This document shows, in pieces, positions 28,689-37,611 of a stretch of 64,000 nt of DNA. A program made the translations under genes and the position numbers. The notes under the pieces are model-generated. The model was given only the letters and a program-made list of their open reading frames with translations, searched no databases and was not told the DNA's origin. Each line of letters begins with the position of its first letter. Position 1 is the stretch's first letter. This DNA comes from an uncultured Gemmatimonadaceae bacterium (lineage in GTDB: Bacteria > Latescibacterota > UBA2968 > UBA8231): NCBI GenBank assembly GCA_964401715.1, contig CAYNZV010000005.1:2781-66780 (forward strand), written 5' to 3'.

Positions 28689-29776
28689 GTGCGGTAAGCC
28701 GTTTCCCGCATAATCTGCGATAGCTTTGAGCTGCTGGTCTCGAGTGAGTATTCCCGTTCCACGATTTCACGACCGCGCTTCCCCATTTCTTGACGCAATC
28801 TTGGACTTTCGATCAGCTGTCCGAGATATTGTCGCCACTCGCCCTCGTCGGCGGCGAGAAATCCGTTGTGACCATGTTTGACAATGCGGCAGTTGATACC
28901 CACGGGACTGCTGACAACAGGCAATCCCATCGACATGTACTGCAGGAGCTTGTACCCTCCTTTGCCCCTAGTCCAAGGGTCGTCTGGCAGCGGCATGACA
29001 CCGATGTGGAAACGGCTCAATTCCTCCACTTCGGTGTCAAGGGACCATGGGACGCTCTCAACCGTGAGACCTTCGATTTGCACCTCACTCGCGCCTACAA
29101 CACGTAGGCAGATCTTTTTGTAACTTGCGCCCAGATCGGCCAGTGGTTTGGTGATTCGCTCAAAATAGGGTAACGTCGTAGCGCTTCCGATCCACCCCAT
29201 TACGATCTTTCCATTTCCGTCCACATTAGCGCGCATGTAACGGCGAGTGTCTACGGGTCCAGTAATGGTGACAACCTTTCCGCAATAGCGGCTAGCGTAA
29301 TCCTCGTTATACGGGTTTTCCACTAAGGCGCAATCTGCCAGCCTCAAAACTGCGGGCAACCCAGCAGCATTGCGCCATTCTTTCCAGGCAGATAGCCAAT
29401 TGGCCGTCCTCACCTCGGTAGTGAAGATAGCGTCGTCAAAATCGTAGATGGTACGTGATCGTCTTGATGCCAAAAGCCAGCGAATCGGCGCCGGAAAAAT
29501 GATCTTCTGAATAAAGAGCAGGTCGTAGCGGGACAGACGCCACCAAGCCGCCAAACCACACCGAACGGTACGCCAAGTCGCCCATATATAGTAGACTAGC
29601 TTGCGCCAGCGGTTGGTGGTAACTAGTAGCTGGGAGCCGTCAATCCCCAAGTCCGGCATTACGGTAAGAATGTCGGCGTCGATCCCTTGATCCCGGAGTA
29701 AGGGCAAATACTGAAATACTCGCGTGCGGCTGCTGGCGGCAAGGTAGCCGTATTGGGTAACAAAAAGGACATTCAT
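28685..29776 (-). CDS. Glycosyltransferase, GT-B fold (group 1-like)
   Basis: C-terminal GGYKLLQYMSMGLPVVSSPVG...GHNGFLA motif. 363 aa. Confidence 0.75.
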   Translation of the reverse strand: MNVLFVTQYGYLAASSRTRVFQYLPLLRDQGIDADILTVMPDLGIDGSQLLVTTNRWRKLVYYIWATWRTVRCGLAAWWRLSRYDLLFIQKIIFPAPIRWLLASRRSRTIYDFDDAIFTTEVRTANWLSAWKEWRNAAGLPAVLRLADCALVENPYNEDYASRYCGKVVTITGPVDTRRYMRANVDGNGKIVMGWIGSATTLPYFERITKPLADLGASYKKICLRVVGASEVQIEGLTVESVPWSLDTEVEELSRFHIGVMPLPDDPWTRGKGGYKLLQYMSMGLPVVSSPVGINCRIVKHGHNGFLAADEGEWRQYLGQLIESPRLRQEMGKRGREIVEREYSLETSSSKLSQIMRETAYRT

Positions 29777-29793
29777 GGAGGATGATGGCTAGT

Positions 29794-30948
29794 TTAGCCG
29801 CCAATCGCACGATCACGGTTTTCACAGGCGCGCGACACCCAGCGTTTAAGCGCCTCGATCACCCGATCTTGCTGCCCGGTGGTGAGTCCCGGAAACAGTG
29901 GAATGGTGAGGATGCGTTGCCACAGCGAATCAGTTACCGGAAGCTGCCGCTTGTTGTACCTGCTGTAGATCGGGTAATGATGGCACGGAAGGTAGTGAAC
30001 CGCGGTGTCGATGCCGTTGTCGGCAAGAAATTCGTGGACCTCGTCGCGGTTGTCAACCTGAATGACAGCACAATAACAGGCACTCTGGCCGTAGTCCCGG
30101 GTTGCCAGCAGGTCGACACCATCCACTTCAGCAAAGGCATCGCGATATCGTTCATACAGCGCCCGGCGCATATCGTTGCCGCGATTGAGCTTGGAGAGTT
30201 GAACCAAGCCGATGGTGGCGGCGATGTCGTTCATTAGGTACTTGTACCCCAACTCGTTGATCTCGCCGTAATCCCATGAAGGCCGATCTTTGTAACGCTG
30301 CCAGGTCCCGCGGGATATCCCCAGCCATTTCAAGCGCTGGATGCGTTCGGCAACGATGTCGTCATCAGTGGTAAGCATACCTCCGTCGGCAGTAGTCAGG
30401 TTTTTCCGGGAGTCGAAGCTGAAACATCCGATATCCCCGATACTGCCTAATTTTTTTCCTCGGTAACTGCCCCCACACCCTTGGGCCACATCTTCGATAA
30501 CCTTCAAGCCGTAGTGCGAAGCGAGTGCGAGAACTGGATCCATGTCACACGGATGCCCACCGTAATGCACTACGATTATTGCTCGAGTGCGGTCGGTAAT
30601 AGCTGCTTCCAAGCCGTTGACGTCGACATTGAGCGTATCCGGCTCGATATCGCAGAAAACCGGCTCTGCGCCGGCATGTAGAATGCAATGATTGCTGGAA
30701 ACAAAGGTCATTGAGGTAGTGAGGATTTCGCCGTCCTCGACGCCAGATACCAGCATCGCGAGGTGTAGGGCGGCGGTTCCAGAGTTGAGCGCAACGGCAT
30801 GTTTGACCCCGATGTACTCGGCGAATTGCCGCTCGAACTCCAAAACCTTTGGACCGCTGCCGATCCAACCTGTTTCCAATGGTTCGCGCAGGGCTGCGTA
30901 CTCTTCCTCCCCCATCCACGGTTTGAACAACTGGATGCGATCGACCAT
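29794..30948 (-). CDS. DegT/DnrJ/EryC1/StrS sugar aminotransferase (ArnB-like)
   Basis: 384 aa with the typical N-terminus (...EEEYAALREPLETGWIG.GPKV.EFE..FA.Y.G) and the PLP-lysine segment FSFDSRKNLTTADGGML. Confidence 0.92.
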   Translation of the reverse strand: MVDRIQLFKPWMGEEEYAALREPLETGWIGSGPKVLEFERQFAEYIGVKHAVALNSGTAALHLAMLVSGVEDGEILTTSMTFVSSNHCILHAGAEPVFCDIEPDTLNVDVNGLEAAITDRTRAIIVVHYGGHPCDMDPVLALASHYGLKVIEDVAQGCGGSYRGKKLGSIGDIGCFSFDSRKNLTTADGGMLTTDDDIVAERIQRLKWLGISRGTWQRYKDRPSWDYGEINELGYKYLMNDIAATIGLVQLSKLNRGNDMRRALYERYRDAFAEVDGVDLLATRDYGQSACYCAVIQVDNRDEVHEFLADNGIDTAVHYLPCHHYPIYSRYNKRQLPVTDSLWQRILTIPLFPGLTTGQQDRVIEALKRWVSRACENRDRAIGG

Positions 30949-30949
30949 A

Positions 30950-31912
30950 TCAACGCCCCTTACGGCCGCTTGTCGGCGACCAGTAATCGCGGTCGACCAA
31001 GCTCTTGATAAAGATGTCGCCGTACGCCTGTAGACGCTGAACGCCTTCTTTTCGATGACTTGGAGAGATCGCGGTGTAGGGAAGCCACAGAATCGTCCGC
31101 AAGGTCATCTCGATGAGCGTTAGAATCCGCAAAATCCGGAGAGAAGTGTTACTGGCGTGTTTGGCGAACAGGAAGTAGAGACTCCGCTGACTGACCACAA
31201 GCATGTTCCTGAGATTTTGCCGGGTGCTCGCCCCCCTCAGATGATGGACGCGGCTAAAAGGAAAGTAGCAGATTCTCCAACCGGAGTCGCGGATGCGCAG
31301 GCACCAATCCAAATCTTCGTAAAACATAAAAATGGCCGGATCAAGCCTCCCGATCTCCTCCACCACGCTTTTGCGCACTAGGATGCACGCCCCCATCACC
31401 CAGTCGACGTTGCGGATTTTGTCGTGGTGCCAGCGGCCCAATTTATAGAAGGGAAACAAGTTATGCAACAAAGTTTTGTTTACAAGTTCGGTTCTCAAAC
31501 TGGGTCTGATGCCGCACGAAAGCTGCACTGATCCATCTGCGGACAGCAGCTTCGGTCCGACGGCACCAACGTCCGGATTTTCCGTCATGAAGTGGATCAA
31601 CCGATTCAGAGCGCCGGCTTCCACCCGAGTATCGGGGTTCAACAACAGGATGTGGTCTCCCCGCGCCAATTCCATGGCGTGGTTGTTGCCGACAGCGAAA
31701 CCGAGGTTTTCGCGATTCTGCACGAGTCGCGCATCGGGAAAACTTGCGGCCACCATGCCGCAAGAACCGTCGCTGGAACCATTGTCGACCACAATGACCT
31801 CCCATTCTTGTGCGTCCGGGTCTTCGTAGAGGGATTGCAGACAGGTGTGCAACAGGTCACAGGTATTCCAATTCAAGACGCAAACGGACAAACGTGGTTG
31901 GTCGACAGTCAC
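30950..31912 (-). CDS. Family 2 glycosyltransferase (rhamnosyltransferase-like)
   Basis: LSVCVLNWNTCDLL...VVDNGSSDGS...EDLDWCLR GT-A motifs. The start is set to GTG 31912 (GTGA overlap with the upstream stop). Confidence 0.85.
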   Translation of the reverse strand: MTVDQPRLSVCVLNWNTCDLLHTCLQSLYEDPDAQEWEVIVVDNGSSDGSCGMVAASFPDARLVQNRENLGFAVGNNHAMELARGDHILLLNPDTRVEAGALNRLIHFMTENPDVGAVGPKLLSADGSVQLSCGIRPSLRTELVNKTLLHNLFPFYKLGRWHHDKIRNVDWVMGACILVRKSVVEEIGRLDPAIFMFYEDLDWCLRIRDSGWRICYFPFSRVHHLRGASTRQNLRNMLVVSQRSLYFLFAKHASNTSLRILRILTLIEMTLRTILWLPYTAISPSHRKEGVQRLQAYGDIFIKSLVDRDYWSPTSGRKGR

Positions 31913-33198
31913 GAGAGATCCCAAGCTTGGAGAACCGTCAGAACAAAATTGCGCAACGACGTTTCGACAGCCCACAACAAAATGTTTAGCACAACCACCA
32001 AACCCACCCACAGCACCGCGCGCCGGCTGTCACGTTGCGCTAGATCTGTGACGAAGGCTCCGGCGAACAGCAGGAAGATCGTCTCCAAAGGCAACCGAAA
32101 TCGGGCGGAACCATACAACACGAAGGTGAAGACAAATAGCGATACGGCGAGGTAGACACCGGCGAGCGAAAATCTCGGACACCTGGAGAATCTCAACGTT
32201 CCTGCGAAGAAGAAGGGCAGTACTATCATGAACCAGAAGTTGTAATCGGGGCGCAGGAAGTACCAGAAGCGCAAGAATCGTTCAACTGACAACCGCAGAT
32301 ACCTGCCAGGTTCGGAACGGATCTGCTGCCAGCCCAACTTCATCCACTGACGATCCCTTTCGATTTCTGAGGGCTGACTCTCGAACAGTTGTTTTCGGAT
32401 GCCCCAACCCCGCTCCTGTTTCCAGTCTGGTGACGGAGCGTGACTGCGGGCGAGGATGAAACCGCCGTGGGTGGTGATTGGTACCACCGTGCCATGGACA
32501 TAGTAGTTGCGTATTGACCAGGGTAAAACCATCAGCCCGGCGATGAAACCTACCGACAAAGTGTATCGTAATCCTTTGCGTCCCAACTGCCAGGTGGCAA
32601 CAACTCCAAAAGCGACCCAAATCAGAGCTCCAACGGGGCGGGTAAGTGCAGCCATACCGACTGCACCACCTCCTAGTAATAGGAATAGAAGGTTCGTCCC
32701 TTCACCGGCACAAACTCGCGTCAGGGCCAGCAGAGACATAACCACCCAAAAGACGAACCAGGTTTCGGTCATCACCTCGTTCGAGACAGAAGCCAGAGGA
32801 CCGTAAACGGCAGCCAACAAACCGACGCCGAGGGCCATCGGGGGGTAAAGCAAACCCGCAAAACGATATATCAGCAGGGTAGTGGCCGCGCCGATTGCTG
32901 CCTGTATCAGTTGGACGGCCAAGTGGCTGAAGCCAAAAAGTGTGTAGACGGTTGCCAAGAAAAACGGGTAGAATGGAGCCCGCCAAGAACGCATCTCGTG
33001 ACCGAACCAGTTTTCCCGCGAGACGAAACCTTCGCCGCTGATAAGGTTAGCCGCTATTTCATCGTAATCCGGGGTATCTTGCTGGGGCGCCGAGTCACCA
33101 ACCAAGAGATGGATGATGCGAACGACGAACGCTACACCAAACACCGCCAACTGCACATTCGCGGAAGTCCCAGCCACGCCCATGGATCGGTGGCTCAC
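31909..33198 (-). CDS. GT-C fold glycosyltransferase (ArnT/PMT, family 39/83-like)
   Basis: 429 aa, polytopic. The first periplasmic loop has an acidic DTPDYDE motif, as in ArnT/PMT-type polyprenyl-phosphate-sugar-dependent transferases. Confidence 0.7.
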   Translation of the reverse strand: MSHRSMGVAGTSANVQLAVFGVAFVVRIIHLLVGDSAPQQDTPDYDEIAANLISGEGFVSRENWFGHEMRSWRAPFYPFFLATVYTLFGFSHLAVQLIQAAIGAATTLLIYRFAGLLYPPMALGVGLLAAVYGPLASVSNEVMTETWFVFWVVMSLLALTRVCAGEGTNLLFLLLGGGAVGMAALTRPVGALIWVAFGVVATWQLGRKGLRYTLSVGFIAGLMVLPWSIRNYYVHGTVVPITTHGGFILARSHAPSPDWKQERGWGIRKQLFESQPSEIERDRQWMKLGWQQIRSEPGRYLRLSVERFLRFWYFLRPDYNFWFMIVLPFFFAGTLRFSRCPRFSLAGVYLAVSLFVFTFVLYGSARFRLPLETIFLLFAGAFVTDLAQRDSRRAVLWVGLVVVLNILLWAVETSLRNFVLTVLQAWDLS

Positions 33199-34373
33199 AT
33201 CCGCCCCCGATTATCGAGAACGCTATCGAAATGGGCTGCTAACTGTTTTGCCAGGAATCGACGGTGAAAAGGACCGAGTACTGTCTCAGGTGTGGTTAGA
33301 TGGTATCCTTGGGACCGTCGATGGTAGGCTTCGGCGATCGCCGCGGCGGCGCCTTTCGAGTCGCCATGAGAGACGCACCAACCCGCACTAGTGCGCTCGA
33401 TCAAACGGGACACCATTCCAGTACCGCACACCGCAAGAATGGGGCGGCGAGCACCCAGATATTCATAGAATTTAGTGGGTACGTTGGACGCTGGATGCAA
33501 GCGCGGATGGTCCACCAGAAGCAACAAATCGGCTTCCTGCTGTACCCGCAGGACCTGTTCGTGAGAGCAATGTCCGTAAAGCTGAACCATGCCCGCTTCG
33601 CACAACGACTGAGCGGCGTGTCGCTCGGCAGTGTTCAACTGGCCGTAGAGCTCCAAGCGCAGTCGTCGCACCCAATGAGGGTCTTGCTCCAGTAGAAGCT
33701 GAAGTGCGCCAAAGATCGTTTGTGGGCTGCGCGCAGCGTGACTTGACGCAAACGAACCGGTATGGGCAATCCGCATGGGGTCATTGCGATCCGGGGGTGT
33801 CGCTGGCGGGAAGTCGCAGGGATCGAAGCCGTTGGTAACAACAACAATGGCGTCGGCACGGTCAGGATAGGTTTCCCGCAGGTACTCGGCAGCGATGTCG
33901 GTGCTGACCACTACCAGATCGGCGACCCTAACAACCCGCGCCTCCATCCGTTTTTCAATCCGATTTCGGAACGGAAGTTCTTGGAGTACGTTGTCAAGCG
34001 GATCAAACGTCCAGGAGTCGCGGAAATCTGCCACCCATGGCATATTCGTGCAACGACGCAGGAGAAGCGCCAGCAGGTGGCTGCTAGCGGGGGGAAATGT
34101 GGAAAAGAGAATGTCGTCCGGAGATTGCTGTAGAAGGCGGAGGGCACGCCAAAAAGCTGCCGGCAACCAGGTAATCTGCAAGTCCGGGATGAAGAGATAT
34201 CGGCGTAGCAGCTCGATGACCGCGCCGAAACGGCCGGCATTCGTGCGCACGTAGGAAGGCGCCGGGCTACATCGGACATTGGCGTTGCGCAAACGTCGAT
34301 AGAAGCCCAAAGGTTCCCATGCGCCGCTCACCCCATCCTGTACTACAGGTCCGAACGCGCTGGTGGTTAGCAC
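33195..34373 (-). CDS. Family 4 (group 1) glycosyltransferase; the real 5' end is probably upstream (to about 34487)
   Basis: VPTKFYEYLGARRPILAV motif. The frame stays open upstream of GTG 34373 and encodes the conserved GT4 N-terminus RRSVFFIAYHYPPIQSTGTERATKFVRYLPEFGY. Confidence 0.8.
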   Translation of the reverse strand: MLTTSAFGPVVQDGVSGAWEPLGFYRRLRNANVRCSPAPSYVRTNAGRFGAVIELLRRYLFIPDLQITWLPAAFWRALRLLQQSPDDILFSTFPPASSHLLALLLRRCTNMPWVADFRDSWTFDPLDNVLQELPFRNRIEKRMEARVVRVADLVVVSTDIAAEYLRETYPDRADAIVVVTNGFDPCDFPPATPPDRNDPMRIAHTGSFASSHAARSPQTIFGALQLLLEQDPHWVRRLRLELYGQLNTAERHAAQSLCEAGMVQLYGHCSHEQVLRVQQEADLLLLVDHPRLHPASNVPTKFYEYLGARRPILAVCGTGMVSRLIERTSAGWCVSHGDSKGAAAAIAEAYHRRSQGYHLTTPETVLGPFHRRFLAKQLAAHFDSVLDNRGRM

Positions 34374-34991
34374 TCGGGTACCGTAGCCGAATTCCGGCAG
34401 ATACCGTACGAACTTTGTGGCACGCTCAGTACCCGTCGACTGAATCGGTGGATAGTGGTAAGCTATGAAGAAGACGCTACGTCGAATCTCCGTAGGTAAA
34501 CGCTCCGGCAGAAGTGCCGCAAGGGCGAGTCAAGCCGCACAGAGACATGAGGAACTTGTTCAGACAAAACTGAAAAGCGCTATCCCCTGCCTTCGTTGTT
34601 CGTCAGTGCGGCATAAGAATTCCGCAAGAAAAACGCCATTTCCGGGTGGAACACTTCATCCAGCAGTTCGACGTACTAGACCCACTCCAGCTTGCAGGCG
34701 TAGGATGCTTCGAAGAGAGTCGTGCTCCAATCCGTCAGAATTTTTTCGGGCCACAAACTCGACGATTTCATAAACTACTCCGATCCAAATATCCACGTAC
34801 TTTACACCCTTGTATCGGAGATATGCTGTTACTCTTTAGGCCGTCGAGTTCCGGTCGCATGGACCTGCGACCGACGTTGGTAGTTCGGAATGTACTTGGC
34901 TGTTGCCGAGAGTCAAGCTCCTCCCCTACGAAGCCATTGACGAAGGATTTTGACATCAATATTATAGAAGCTGCGCTGAACGGCCGGACTC

Positions 34992-35468
34992 GTGCCCATG
35001 AAATTACTCGACATACTCTCCATCCAATCGGCTATCGTCGGCCTCAAAGGTGAAACCAAAGAGCATATTATCACCGAACTGGTGGATTCGCTCGAAATCG
35101 GGAAAGTAATCAGCGATCGGGACAAGGTGCTGGGGGCTGTGCTCGAGCGGGAAAAGATTATGAGCACCGGAATCGGCGACGGCATCGCCATTCCGCACGG
35201 AAAATCGGAGGCAGTGATCAAGCTGGCTGCTGCTCTCGGCACGCAGCGCCGAGGAGTCGATTTTGAGGCTCTTGACGGTGAACCGGCCTACGTCTTTTTC
35301 CTGTTGGTCTCGCCAGCCAACGTCTCGGGGCCTCACATCAAAGCACTGGCCCGAATTTCACGACTGCTGAAAAATGACGATTTCAAGAAACGTTTGGTTG
35401 ACGCTACCTCGACGGAAGAGATCGTATCTGTGATCGAATCCGAAGAGAAAAACACTCCTCCCACGTAA
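34992..35468 (+). CDS. ptsN: PTS EIIA(Ntr)-type nitrogen regulatory protein
   Basis: EIIA type-2 fold with the phospho-His context GDGIAIPHGKS. ATG 34998 (MKLLDIL) is the likely start. Confidence 0.85.
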   Translation: MPMKLLDILSIQSAIVGLKGETKEHIITELVDSLEIGKVISDRDKVLGAVLEREKIMSTGIGDGIAIPHGKSEAVIKLAAALGTQRRGVDFEALDGEPAYVFFLLVSPANVSGPHIKALARISRLLKNDDFKKRLVDATSTEEIVSVIESEEKNTPPT

Positions 35469-35484
35469 AAGCTCTCCAGCCGTA

Positions 35485-37611
35485 TTGCATTTTCTTAACC
35501 CGGCCGTACTGGTCGGACTGGTAACCGCCGCCCTTCCGCTGGTGATTCACCTGCTGAATCGCAGCCGCGCGCAGCCGATTCCGTTTAGCAACCTCGCTTT
35601 TTTGCGCCGACTTCATCACCGCCGCATGCGCCATCTGCGCTTGCGACAATGGCTGGCGTTGCTGCTGCGGACCCTCATCATTCTGCTTATCGTCAGCGCT
35701 TTCGCTCGTCCCGCCTATCGAGACGACGAATCGGGGCTGTTGGGGCATGTACAACCGACGGCGGCAGTGGTGTTGTTTGACCGCTCTTTCAGTACGATGC
35801 ACCGCTTGCCTGAAGGACGGGTTTTTGATCTGCTTCGGCTCAGTGCGGAGCAACTGGCCGAATTTTTCGGTCCACGAGACCGGTTGTTTCTAGTACCATT
35901 TGCGCTCAAGGCGGAAATCAACGAAGCCGTTGTGGAAGAAGCCAATCTGCCGGCTGCGTTACAGCAGTTGACAATCTCTGAAGCGGCTACCGACATAGGC
36001 AACGCACTGTTGGGCGCCGGGGAACTCCTTACGCCGATAGAGGGGTTCAATCGCGAGCTTTATTTGTTTACTGACTTGTCAGCAGTAGACTGGAACGGGC
36101 AAGCCGACCTCCGAAGACAGCTGCCCGATGTCCGCATCTTTGTCGTTAGTCCTACCGCGGACTCGCGTTTAAACACCTATCTGCGTCGCTTTGACATCGA
36201 CAGCTGGATGGCAGTGCCGGGCGGAAAGCTGGAAGCCCGGTTCGAAATCGGGAGCAACTCGACGATTTTGGGAGAAATAGTATCTATAGATCTTTTTGTA
36301 GACGATCTTCGGGTCGGCCACCGCACGCTGACGCAGACCACTGAAGGAGAAATAGACGGCTCCATTCCGTTTGCACCTTTACGGGCGGGCCGCTTGTCCG
36401 GCTTCATAGCCCTTGAGGACGACCGGCTCAACCTGGACAACCGGCGTTACCTCAGCTTCGATGTGGCCGATTCCCTGCGCGTGCGAATTCTGGGTAAACG
36501 CTCCGACGACAGCTATTACCCGCGGCGCGGTTTGGCAGCAGCAGCGATTGAGGATCCCGCACTAAGGGTCCGAAGCGGCCTTTTTGCCGATCTCGACTCC
36601 GATCTACTCGCCGCTTGCGACGTGTTGCTACTATGCAATGTAGAATACCTGGACCAAGAAACGGTCACCACTCTGCACGAGTTCGTAGCCAAGGGCGGGG
36701 GATTGATTGTGTTTCCGGGACCACAAGCCGACATGGACTTCTTCAACCGACGACTACTGCCGGGTTTGTTACCCCTAGCCATAACGGGAGTTACGGGCGA
36801 TCTGCTGAACAAGAAGGGGTTCCAGCGCCTACTTTCGGAAGGTTCTCACCCGTTAGTTGATCAGTTGTTTCCAGATCTACCTACGGATCGACCCCGTTTC
36901 CGAGTCTCCTACAACTTGGCACCACGAGGGATCGTTGATCCTCTGATCTATTTCGAGGAAGGACAGCTGGCGATAGTGAGCGCCATCAAGGGACGTGGTC
37001 GAGCGGTACTCATGTCATTCCCACTATCTCTGGAATGGAACGACTTTCCCCTCCGCGGCATGTTTGCTCCCTTGCTGCACCGACTCGTCCGCTCGCTCGG
37101 CGGGGTAAACGTTCAAAAAGCGACATACCTCGTTGGTCAAATGGTTCACCGGCATCTCCCTGACACCTCCATCGAATCAACGGTGCATGCCGAATCTCCA
37201 TCCGGCAAACGATTCCTGCTGGAGCCGCGGCAGCGGAAGGGGCGCTTGTATTGGACAATCCCGGATATCCCGTACTCGGGGATCTGGCGGATGTACGCTG
37301 ACGGAGCACTAGTAGATGAGTTTGCGGTGAATCTGGACGCAAGAGAGTCGCAGCTGCAAGCGGCAGATCGCACCACCGTCAAGGAAACGCTGGGGCCTAA
37401 ACGCGTGCACCTCCTCGACATTGGCCAAGAGCTGAAACCAGTAGTGATGGCACAGCGTCACGGACGAGAGCTTTGGCGTGAATTTCTGGGCTTGGCGGTG
37501 CTGTTGTTGCTGTTAGAGCTGTGGATTGCGCGGGCACCACGCAGCAGCCCTGGCAATGCCCCTCAAGAGTCTGACCCCGAGTCCATTTCTCGCAGGGTTT
37601 CGAAGGTATAG
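35485..37611 (+). CDS. BatA-domain / vWA-like membrane protein
   Basis: N-terminal double-TM motif (M)HFLNPAVLVGLVTAALPLVIHLLNR, a vWA-like segment with MIDAS-like DRSFS, a GATase1-like segment (LLLCNVEYLD...GGGLIVFPG) and a C-terminal TM anchor. Confidence 0.75.
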   Translation: MHFLNPAVLVGLVTAALPLVIHLLNRSRAQPIPFSNLAFLRRLHHRRMRHLRLRQWLALLLRTLIILLIVSAFARPAYRDDESGLLGHVQPTAAVVLFDRSFSTMHRLPEGRVFDLLRLSAEQLAEFFGPRDRLFLVPFALKAEINEAVVEEANLPAALQQLTISEAATDIGNALLGAGELLTPIEGFNRELYLFTDLSAVDWNGQADLRRQLPDVRIFVVSPTADSRLNTYLRRFDIDSWMAVPGGKLEARFEIGSNSTILGEIVSIDLFVDDLRVGHRTLTQTTEGEIDGSIPFAPLRAGRLSGFIALEDDRLNLDNRRYLSFDVADSLRVRILGKRSDDSYYPRRGLAAAAIEDPALRVRSGLFADLDSDLLAACDVLLLCNVEYLDQETVTTLHEFVAKGGGLIVFPGPQADMDFFNRRLLPGLLPLAITGVTGDLLNKKGFQRLLSEGSHPLVDQLFPDLPTDRPRFRVSYNLAPRGIVDPLIYFEEGQLAIVSAIKGRGRAVLMSFPLSLEWNDFPLRGMFAPLLHRLVRSLGGVNVQKATYLVGQMVHRHLPDTSIESTVHAESPSGKRFLLEPRQRKGRLYWTIPDIPYSGIWRMYADGALVDEFAVNLDARESQLQAADRTTVKETLGPKRVHLLDIGQELKPVVMAQRHGRELWREFLGLAVLLLLLELWIARAPRSSPGNAPQESDPESISRRVSKV

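Noticed and set aside
27852-28697. 281-aa plus-strand ORF, exactly as long as the minus-strand deacetylase it mirrors
   Set aside because: The minus-strand frame carries the specific deacetylase motifs (FTVDLEDWYQG, HGYAHQ) and is coupled to its neighbours. The plus-strand translation is Arg/Gly/Pro-rich with no recognisable domain. It is a shadow ORF.
34500-34990. Search for an hpf/rpoN-operon relic upstream of ptsN, or for the missing 5' half of cheA on the far side of the glycan locus
   Set aside because: The six-frame reading showed no HPt/kinase or HPF-like segments that I could recognise. Only the unassignable short ORFs reported as a low-interest finding were seen.
34646-35053. 135-aa plus-strand ORF upstream of and overlapping ptsN
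   Set aside because: It is Arg/Pro-rich, overlaps the well-supported ptsN start in another frame, and has no recognisable domain.
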